A stretch of 64,000 nucleotides of DNA from positions 4,650,001 through 4,714,000 of the forward strand of contig OZ176058.1 in NCBI GenBank assembly GCA_964247055.1. Reading direction: 5' to 3'. The position numbers and the translations under genes were made by a program. The DNA is from Paragordius varius (taxonomy: Eukaryota; Animalia; Nematomorpha). The number at the start of each line of letters is the position of its first letter. Position 1 is the first letter of the stretch. The notes under the pieces were generated by a model. That model saw only the letters and a list, made by a program, of their open reading frames with translations. It ran no database searches and was not told where the DNA came from. Of the stretch, positions 1 through 11,300 are shown piece after piece.

Positions 1-1280
1 AAACCCATATAACTAGCCAAACACATACTAATCCAAGTTAACTAATGCCTTAAGAAAAGGATAAAAAAATTTAAATTTTGAGATTATTTTATTAATAGTA
101 CACCTCTGAATTGTATTAGGTGTTTAATAACAATTAAATCTATGACCAACTAAAGGCTATACTATTTTAGGTATGGTAGGTACCAAGAAATCTACTCAAA
201 CATAAATTAAAGAATACGTTGTGAATCGCTCTTAAATATTCCTCCATGGATTATAAAACAAAAACTTCGGTAATTGATTTATGTGACTAAAAACATTTTT
301 AGAAGAAATCCAAATGCCAATATAGCTTTATCCAACAAAAAGCGAAACAAAATCGTGAAAACACAACGTCAAGCACGGAAACAAAAAGACAACCTAATGG
401 ATACTAAATAACTCTTTAATTTATAATTTTCACAATATATATATTTGCATTTATTGTATATCATTATATAATAAATATTAATCACCAAGTTTATTGAACT
501 TTATTGCTTATTTTAGCTATCGTGAAATATTAATTATTTTACGATAATACTACTTTAATTTAATCAATCAAAAATTGTATCTAAGAGATCACTAATTGAG
601 ATAAAATTGCTTAGTTTTATGCACAAATGATAACGAAAAAAATAACGGTAATAAATATTGATTTCGAAGGACATTTATATATTTATCATACATTTTTTTG
701 TTTATACAACTTGTATAAATGTAAAATATATACATTGATTTCAAAGTTTGACTTGAAATTTAAAACACAGGAGGGTATGGCATAAAATATTATGCACCCC
801 TTAAAAGAATAGAATTCTTGTTTTTTAAAAAACATTTTTTATTTTATGGACTAATATTGTTTTATGCCATACGCTACTGTAATTTAGCTTCAAATTCAAA
901 TATTTTTGTGTATCATTTTCTTGCTTAATCAAATCAACATATATTTTAACATAAAAAATAAAAAGTTGTTATTTTTATTTCGAGAACCCAAATAAAAATC
1001 TTAATGATTAAAATAAATAAGGCAAAACATAAAAAGTAAACGACTGTTTTTTGTAAAAAATACTTTCTTTTTATTTAATTTAACCTACTATGGTAATTCT
1101 GGATTACGAATTATTAAATGGGTGATTTATAAAATGATGACACCAATTTTAAAATAATTATATATATATATATATATATCTGATTCATAAATAAAATATA
1201 CCTATTTTTTTCAGGGAAAATTGCTTATTATTTACAATACAAATTTTTGGTTTGAGGCATTCTGCTAAAATTTATATATA

Positions 1281-1540
1281 CCATTTACAATTCAAATTCA
1301 CCCTTGAACAATTCAAATTCACCCATATAAAATATATGTTTTTTAAGATTAAAAATTACCTATATTTTTTATATTTTTCAAAAATGAAAATTTTGTTTTA
1401 AATTAAAATAATGCTAAAAATATATTAAACTATACCATAAACATATATTTCATATTAAAAATGAGTTATATTAGTTCGAAAACACATTATTTATTTTTAG
1501 GTGAATTTGAATTGTTCGAGGGTGAATTTGAACTGCAAAT
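1281..1540. mobile_element. Foldback MITE (family D) with 21-bp modular TIRs, upstream of copy 1
   Basis: TA|CCATTTACAATTCAAATTCACCC-TTGAACAATTCAAATTCACCC at the left end; the reverse complement at the right end. Confidence 0.7.
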
Positions 1541-3481
1541 TATATAATAAATATATCATCATCTATTATTATAAACAAATTAGTAGGATGCTGAAACAAC
1601 AGTTATTAGCTAATTTTTATTGGTTAATTTTTTGGTACTTAATTTATAATTTTCCCTCACTTTAAATATTAAAGACCTTATTAACCATTATTAATTCTAT
1701 TACATTGTAAAATACTAATATTATAATACTGAGAATGTGAATATTTAATAAAGTTCAATAGAAATATGGAACCGAAACACTTAAAGAGCATACGCTAAGT
1801 TCAAAAAAAACTACATATTTTTACATATAATATCTCTTTTAATCGATACATTATCCCCCCTTATTTATGTAAAAATATTTATGTTATAACAAAGTATTAA
1901 TTGGTAAATTAGGATGGTTTTTCTTTGAAATTAGATATATATATATATATATATATATACATATTTCATTCCTTTAGCGGGATAATTATTTAGTTTTGTT
2001 TTACCTACCAATTTGTAAATTGTAATGAAAAATACGATTCAAAAAGTTAGTTATAAAATCCTTAATCTATCTTGACACTATACTAATCTTATATGTATGT
2101 ATGTGAGTATTTAGAATTTGACATTTTTTATATGGCAGTTTTAAAACTTTAATTTTGGCATTTGTCCTAGGAACTCTTAAAACAGTTTTTTACATGGTTT
2201 AATTTATTTTTGCGTGAGTAGCCTTTCATTTTAACATTAACCTAACAAATCTAATGTGTGGCAAATCTTACCTAAATATACTTTTTATGTTCAAGGTTAT
2301 TTGCTGAAAAAAAGAAAGATGGCAAAAACTAAAGTAGCTAACTAATATCTAGTCTTTCTAATTAATACATATATTTATATGCTATATAAACCTTTAAATT
2401 TATAGATATATAGATAGATTAAATCTTTTCAATCTATAATTAATTACATTTAACGCAAAATTCTATGTCTATATATTTCCATGGAAAACTTACTTTTTAA
2501 TCGCTACCATTAATTAATCAAAGGCAAATTCACACAAAAATGACAAGGTTTCTTTTCTTATCAATTACCAATATCAATAAAAATTAATTTGACACAATTT
2601 ATTTTCATCGTGCATATTGATGACTTGTTAATTAGAAACATATGCAAATCAATGAAATTTATTTCTAAATATTGTTCGCTTTACACTATATACCCATTCA
2701 TTTTAGCAAAATACTAAATTCACATTAATTCGAAATTTAAATAAAGAGAGATATATATGTTAATATAAAAAAAATTAATTTAATTTAATTTGATTAGTAT
2801 TACAATAGGCTGGTGACAAAGAAAAGAATGGTGTCGCGTTAGTTATTTTTGCAGAAAAATTGGGAAATTAACAATTAAATTTTAGTGGTTATCAATAAAA
2901 AAAATTTTTTTTTGAATAGAAAAAACTCCTCTTGAATTGGTGGAATAGAGAGAGACGTGCAAAAAATGATAATTTATTGATTTAGGAAAAAAATTATTAT
3001 AATTTTTATTAATTTTCTTTTTTTTGCGCATCATAATATAAATATTCTTTTTTTTTGAATTGTTCTTTTGTGTTTTATATATTTAATTTAAATATTCTCA
3101 ATAGAGTCTTTATTACAACAATACAATGTAATATAAAAAATATTTATTTCCCATATTTTGATTAAATTGGGTTACGCGGTCTAAACCATTTATTATACAA
3201 TTATTCTTGTTGTTTAAATATAATAAATTTGTAAGAATCAAAAAAAGTTAAAAATGTGCTATTTCGCTCCATACTACCCCTATGTTTTTTAAAAGGAACA
3301 GTTATAACTGTGAAAACGCGGTCTTTTATTAAAACGTATGGAAATTTCGCGTTTTTCAGGAATCTTATTTAACTCTCCAATTATAGAAAGATGAGATCAC
3401 TCTATTTTACTAATTCCATTGTTAGCTTTTACGCTATTTTCCATATACTCTTTTTTCCAACCAGAAAAAGAACGTAACATA

Positions 3482-3494
3482 CGCGCGCGCGCGC
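3482..3494. repeat. (CG)6 microsatellite about 400 bp upstream of the copy 1 start
   Basis: CGCGCGCGCGCGC within an 18-nt alternating purine/pyrimidine tract (3477-3494). Confidence 0.8.
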
Positions 3495-3890
3495 CTCTTG
3501 GATTTTTAATGATCTTCATAACTACATAATATTAATGATGAAAGCATTATTTTCACTTTTTTTCACTTTTAGTTTAGTTTAGTTGGCTTATATTAAGTGT
3601 TAAGTATATACTTAACACTTAATAGAATATATATATTCCTTCCATACCAAACAACAATATAATTAATGATGTCAATATATTATTTGCTATGCGTTGCATT
3701 TTTTTTGATTCTTTGACGCATATTTTTTCGACATCATGATATAGACTTTATTTTCTACTATAAATATGGGTGGAATATATAAAAATCTGTAGTTTTTGTA
3801 CCATGGGTATTGTTGCTATTTAAAGTTATTCCCCAAAATAGAATTCAATAATATGCTTTGATTGATTTTACATATTCCTGTGGAGATTTT

Positions 3891-5317
3891 ATGCCAGGAA
3901 TCATTTTCCATATTTTACTGCTAATGGTTTGGATTTTAAATTTCAAAGAAATAGTGATTTGCCTTTCACCACACCAGCGAAATGTATCAACATCTTACGA
4001 AGGAAGAAAAAACCTCAAAATTTTAATGCCCAGCCGGGGACAAACCCAAATTCGAGACAAAAAACCGACGAAAGGTTTTTTATCGCAAAACATGAAACCA
4101 AAATCATTAAGGATTGAACTTTTAACGAGTAGTAGCAGTAGTAGTACATCCTCGTTAACAACGACAAAACTACTAAATCAAAATGAAAAGATATTGGACC
4201 TGTATGGGAAACCTATAACATCGAATTTACCTTTGACAGTTTCTGGTCAAACGCAACAAAAGAATCATGGAATGACTCCTCAAGAACCATCTTTTTTCTT
4301 AGCAAATTTTACGGATCTGGCCTGTAATGCGAATGAAACTGACCTAATCTCTCATATCTTAGGTGGTCGTCAAAAATCAGTTAATACCAATACTACCAGC
4401 ACATCCATACTCAATTATGATAATATGAAGGAGGGTGATTACATTGAAAATCTTACGATGGCTATTGAGGAGTCACGTCGTGCCATTTACACAGACACCC
4501 TATACCAATACAGTGATTTGTTTCGGGTTATAGCTACGTTTTATATGACCGTCATTTTTTGCATCGGTCTCATGGGTAATATTATGGTCGTACTTGTCGT
4601 TACGGTTAAAGTAGGTGGCGGTTCAACCGCTAAAAACCCACTCAAAATTTCGACCAACGTATATTTGGTGAGTCTCGCTGTGGCGGATTGTATGTCTTTG
4701 CTCGCCGCTGTTCCCGAACAAGTCGTAAGTCATTTCATCCCCGTTAATCGATGGGTCCTAGGCGGTCGCGTTATTTGTTCGGGGGCTATTTTTGTCCAAT
4801 ATCTATCTATCAATGCATCCGCCTTATCAATTACGGCGTTTACGTTGGAACGTTACCTGGCTATCTCGTACCCGCTGAAGGCTCAAGTCATTTGCACTTA
4901 CAAACGAGCTCAAAAAATTGTGTTGGGCGTATGGATTTTTTCTCTGCTATACTGTAGTCCATGGCTCTTTCTAACTTCCACGTTTCCCATGTACATTGTC
5001 TTGGAACGGACAGAAACAGTTTACGCGAAACCTGGACAACCGCAAAATACTAGTAATTCGCATAGCTCTTTACCCTTTGGGGTGGCACCAAATAATTCTG
5101 TCCTAAAAAATAATAACTGTTTTTTCCTTCAAAACAACGCAGCTGTTTCATCTCATGATGATGACAAAAAAGAAAAAGGTAACCGTAAACGCCGACAAGC
5201 ATTTGTAGGAACAAAAGGGAGGACGAAAGACCTTAATATTGATGAATTCACTTCCTCATATCATTACGCTACTCCAAAACAGAACTATATGACTTTCTCT
5301 AGTCCACACTATTACAA
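3891..5317 (+). CDS. TRHR: Copy 1 exon 1: N-terminus, TM1-TM4, first part of ECL2
   Basis: ORF 3858-5321; donor AA|GTAAAC at 5318 (phase 2); the donor position is conserved in all four copies. Confidence 0.88.
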
Positions 5318-8300
5318 GTAAACTAAAATTTATATATACATATAGTATATATCTACAAAATATTATTAATATTAATCAATATGTATATATATGACATTGT
5401 AAAAAATGTATGTTAGTCAAAAACGAGGAGATAGACTCATCAGTTTCAGACAGTATAGTCCATTAATTTAAATTGCAAGTAAAATAATATATAAATAAAG
5501 ACATTTTCATTCATCCTTACGTCCTTCCTTATTATTTATTGGTAAATTAGAAATTTTTTGTGCATGTTTTCCAATGTCAAAGGCCATTCATTATTATAAC
5601 TCCTGTGGTCATTTGCATATTTTAATGATTATATGCACAAAGTGTCAAAATAATATTATTATCAAGATAAGATTTTCGGTTATACATTGTTTGTATGCTT
5701 CTTGACGAATTCATTTTTAATTAAACTTTAATAACAAGATTTATTTGTTTGTTTGCAAATGGATTAAGAAAGAGAGATATAAATCTATTTTAAAAAAATG
5801 AAATGACAAATCTTTGCAATCTGTCAAAATTTGGTTGGACTTTCAAAAACTATATTTGTATGGCTTTAAGTGATATAATATAACTTTTTACCATGATTAC
5901 TTCAGTTGGGTTTAAAATTAAAGGGTGATTAAATTATAGAAACTATAAGGTTAAGAAATTTTTTTAATAGAATCAATCAATAAATTAAGACTTTGCTTTA
6001 AAATACTAAAAATGGTATTTGAAGCGATATATTAGCTATAATGATTCAAATACTATTTTTGTGTTTTATATCATAGTGTTAACTTTGCTATGTATTGTTA
6101 TGTCCATCATAAATTTAAAAAAGAAAAAGCGTTTAGATTATATAACCGATTAAAAATTCATGGAATTTAAACCCAAAAACCAGATTTTTTGGAATAACCG
6201 TTTCTTTTGAACTATGTTAACCAAACTATTGGTTTGGATTCCTGTAAATATTTGTCTTTTGAGGTTTCTAATTTTTTTTTCATCCTATATATTTTTTAGT
6301 AGATATCCAGAAACCAATTATCCAACGATAATCAAGCAAAATATCGGAAAAATACCAATGTTCAATACAACAACTTGCATACATGGTAAAGATAATAATA
6401 ACTTAAAACGAACATTGCAAAAATATGTGAAACCCACTAAAATATTCATGAAATATCGGCGAAAAAAATCGTTTCAGTCCAATGAAAGTGATGAAAGTTT
6501 TGATTTTAACCAAACGAGGAACACAAGTAATTTGGAAGATGAGAATGAAACTATAAAATCCTTTGAAGAAAAGTTAGGGCAACAAAGCAACTTTAACGAT
6601 GATAAGAAAACGCAAACTTTCCTTAAGCAATATAATTTGAATGTACGTACTACAACTTACCCCCAAAATACTCAAACCCCTATCAAAAAAATTTACAACA
6701 GCTTAATTTCAGAAAAAGAGCCATCTTTTTATTACATAAATCATACCCACCATCAAATAATTTATAGTTGGCAACATTGTAGTTATGTCATTTCGAGAGA
6801 AGCATACCTAGGATACTATATGACAGATTTAATTGTGTTTTATGCGCTCCCACTCATAATATCTTTCATATGTTATGGACTTATCATAAGGATCTTATTT
6901 CGAACCAACAAACACGAAAAATTGGTCAGAAATCGGTTTGGAAATAAAAGTATTTTGCAAAAACATCATAATTACCGTGAAATCTCAGAGAATGGGAAAA
7001 ACAGAAAAATCGTTGGACAACAGCAAGAACGCGAACAAGATCAAACTAACTCAAATCTTTCTGACCTAAATTATATCAATACTAACATTCCAACCAAAAC
7101 AGAGCAATCTTTTGTTTCTAACAATGATTTCAATAGCGACCTACGTAATCAAATCCATCAAATTATTGATGGTGATGATAAGAATGGCGTCCCAAGACAA
7201 GGGAGGAATGATAAAATTGGTGAAATGTCAACAATCCATCAATTAACCAATTCCAACTTAAACCATGAAAACATAGCTAGTCAAAACAGTCAAAACAACA
7301 GAAATACTTCACCTCAAACCATTTTTTCCCATCTAGAGATGGTTCCAACAAAATCAATATCTGATACCAATAAAAACAACGAATTAATAATCAATTTGAG
7401 GGATGACAGAAGCGTTTTGCCTGATGGCAGCCAGATTAAAAGTGTTAAAAATGGGAATGAGTCAAATCAATCATTGACTAATCCTAGCACCAGAAAATCT
7501 GAAAAAATTATGGATCTTTCACCAACAAAAACATCAACATTATTATCCCATGTAAGTTAAACAATTTTTATGTTTTGTAATTATTTTTATCGTTAGAGAG
7601 AATAACTAAACTTTTTTCTCTTCTCGTAACTATAAGATACACATAAATCAATCAAAACCAAAAAAAAATTACATATCTCAATTCAAAAAAGTTGACTGAC
7701 TGACTATTATTTTATTTTGTGAAAATGGCAAAATGAATCCCAATAGGATCTGTTGTCTATCCATCCCTCTCACTTTTTTTTGATATAATTAATATTTCTG
7801 GTTGTTTTTATGGTCAAGCCTGGTTTAACTGGAAAATCTTGAAAAGAGTATTGATAGTTATTTACTATTAAATATATAACGTTTTAAATCACATTGGAAC
7901 AAATTTTCTAAAAAATAATGAAATTGCTTAAACTAAAAAACTTATTATGTTTAATCGAAAAAATTAAATACCCTGGTTGGGATTGTATACTAAATTATAC
8001 TGTTAATAGATGTTTGATTTATCCACAATTTACAGTAAAAATTGAAATTATATGTTTTCTAAATTATGTTATCTCCTGCTTTAAAAAAATTAAAAGACTT
8101 ATTTTCAAAAAAAGATGTGGGGTGTCGCAAAATAGGGGATAAATATGTAAAATGTTTACATACTCAATATATTATCAATAATTTGTATAAGTATACAGTA
8201 GAAAATGAAATTTTACGGATAAAACCTTAAAATATAAAGATAAATATTTTTTTCTCAAAGACAACCCCATACTTTTATAAACTTCATTTTCAAAAATATA

Positions 8301-11300
8301 ACCATTGTTTTAAATTGTAAAGTATAAAATTGATATATATATTGGTAACACAAGCAATTATATATTTTATAATTATAATTAGATAATTATAAAAGTATGG
8401 GGTTTAAGAAAAAAATGTCCTTATATTATTACTTTTTGTCCATAGTATAATTTCAGTTTTTACTGTATTACTAATGTTTAAAAAGTGTTGTGTTGCTTTT
8501 AAAAAAAATCGTCTTTTAGTTTTTACATTTTTTCTGCATATTATTTTTTAAATATGATAGTTATTGCCCAATTATTTTTTTCAAAATTTAATGGAAAATC
8601 TCATAAACATTTATTGACGGTTTAAAATTTATAAGGACTTTTCACGATCAAAATTTTTTTCAACATTTTATTTTGTAGTATCTGCCTAATCATTAATTAT
8701 TTAAGTATAAAAAGGCCCAAATATATTGAGTTCACTCTTTTATTCTACTTTTCTTCCAAAATTTACTTAAAAACTAAAATTCAAGGACATTATGACACTT
8801 TTTAAACGTCTGCCTTTTTAAAATATTACTTATAAATAATAAATTAATATAATTACTTTTTTTGTTTTCTTAATTTAAAAACTTAATCATAATGCTTTTT
8901 CGTAAGTTAACTACATTTTGGCTAAATTTTAAATTTAAATCTTTAAAAAATGATATTTTTAAACCAATTTTTTAATCTTAATGTAAAGAAGGTTAACCTA
9001 AGCTGATTACAAATTTCTAAACCGTTTTTCTGATATTTAATCTATATTATATATCTATAAAATAACCTTCAATTATTAATATAGATATTTATATTTTTTA
9101 ATTTTAAACTACCATTTAAAAATTGTATCGTACAATACTAAATCTCCAGAGGATACGTAGAATATGTTGCGATACTCTGATAGATTTTTAAAACAATATT
9201 ATATTATTTATCAATTATTTTTATTTTATGTAATATAAAAATATTTTTTGATATGTCGGCATAAAACATTTTCAATTTAAATTTAATTGACAAAATGCTA
9301 AATATATATTGTGTAAGTATTTAATATACAGTAAAAATTAATCATTACTTGGGCAAAACGTAAAAAGTAAAAACTAATGTTTTTTATAAATAAAAAGTAT
9401 TTATCCACCAATTTTAAATATAATTTTTTGTAAACCTAATTAAGAGTTAAAATTATATATTTTGTCCATATTTAAAATGTGTATAAAGAGGATGGAAAGA
9501 TTATGCCATATTTACAGTAAAATTAAAATTATATGGAAAAATTGTATAAGACAAATCTACTTTTTTAATCTTTGATTTTTCCTTTATATACGATCCAAAA
9601 CTATGGGTTAAATAAGAAATATTGTTATTATGAATATTTATTAGTTTTTAATTTAAGTATATCTGAATTTTATTGGAATCGTTTGATAGAAAAATGAAGG
9701 TATATTTCTTTTTTTCAACCCAAAACAATAGGTAATTACAATCATATTGGTATATTAAAATTTAATTTTTTTCATATATTGAATAGAATAAAATGATAAC
9801 GACAAAGACGGAAACCAAATTTATTCAACCTTCTTATCAAGACAAAACTGATTTCCTATCAAACATGGCAAAAGTTAATAGAGATTTCCAACAAATTATT
9901 GATTCTGGAAAATCCCCTGCACCTCCGAATAAAAAAATGAGGGCCAGTAATAGTTCTTTCACAAAAGCCCGTAAAATTAATCGCAAATATACTGCCATTT
10001 TTCGACCAAGCCCATCTCAACGAAAACGATTCAATAATAAATTAACAAATAATTTTCTTAATTCTCAAGAGTTATACTGTTCAGTCTCTACTTTGTCCCC
10101 TTTAGTGCTTAAAAATAAAGCGAATGGAGGAGCAATATCAAGCCATATTACAGCAGTACAATTTTAAAATATACAGACTAAACGAACTATATACATGAGT
10201 TTTTTTTTCATTATATTTTTTTAACCTTAATATATACTATATAAAGTATTATTTAACAAAACTGATGATATATGGACAAAACGTAAAATATAAAGACAAA
10301 TATTTTTTTCTAAAAGACAACCATACTTTTTAAATCATGATTTTTGTTTAAATTGGCATGTCTAACCCATACTTTGCTCCTTAAAACAATCATTTATTTA
10401 GTTATAACTAAACCATGAATCTATTTGTAAAAACATATTTGTCTTAATCTGTGTCTTTACGTTGTTTTGTTTTGTCTGTGTAATTTTTTCTACTGTAATC
10501 ATCAGAATATCAACAACAGCAAGATGAATTTCCAAGAAAGACCATCTATATGGTCAATCCGTTCAGGTCTAGAGAAACGATTAAGTCGACTCACAATGGT
10601 TTCCAATAGTCCCTCCCCTTCGCCCCCACCCTACGTGTTAACGACACACAAAAGACGTGAAAAGCGTTCGGGAAAATCCAAGCTAAGAACCAAAATGCAG
10701 GTCAGTTTTGTTTTAGTTTTTTTTTCTTAAATTACTTTTTTGTGTTTTTAAAAAACATTATCGCTCAAATGTATTGGTGTCAGAAAAAAATTGCTTTATT
10801 CGATTAAATAATTATTCTGTTTTTAATTAATATGGTCCTGAGACATTTCACAGTAAAAACTGAAATTATACAATGGACAAAACGTAAAAATATATGGACA
10901 AATATTTTTTTTAAAGACAACCATACTTTTTTAAGCTTCATTTTTTTATATAATACTCATTGTTTCAGTATGCATATTTATAGAATTGATATGTATATTG
11001 GTGACACAATTAATTACACATTTTAAAATTGTAATTATATATAATTATATGAGAAAAAGGGTTAAAAAATGTATGGTTTTTTAGAAAAAAATATTTGTCT
11101 TTATATTTTTACATTTTGTCCGTATAATATCAGTTTTACTTTATTAGATATTTCAAAAATAGGCAAACTTACAGTAGCATATGGCATAAAACAATATTAG
11201 TCCACAAAAGAATATATAAATGTTTTCCTACAAAAAACAAGAGGATATTATGTATATGTCTCTATACAACTAGGCTTGTTTTTTTGGAAAAAAACATTTT

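Noticed and set aside
240-410. Possible LINE ORF2 fragment (PPWIIKQKLR*LIYVTKN...)
   Set aside because: Only a PW-plus-basic resemblance, with an internal stop and no RT or endonuclease motif; cannot be supported without a search.
3803-3861. Tiny upstream ORFs (ATG at 3803 and 3853) before the copy 1 start
   Set aside because: The TSS is unknown, and short ATG-stop pairs are frequent in AT-rich DNA.
4751-4957. 68-aa alternative-frame ORF recurring in all copies (17523, 34900, 48183), plus other overlapping + frame ORFs
   Set aside because: It recurs because of the conserved TM3-4 exon; nucleotide changes are synonymous in the GPCR frame and non-synonymous in this one.
6297-6302. TAGTAG tandem (NAGNAG) acceptor at exon 2 in copies 1 and 3
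   Set aside because: It would add only one residue in a low-complexity loop and is absent from copies 2 and 4.
7918-8142. Short Phe/Ile/Lys-rich ORFs in introns (e.g. 7918, 10832, 11578, 21170, 27383, 56776, 63678)
   Set aside because: Composition expected from AT-rich or MITE DNA; not conserved in frame between paralogues.
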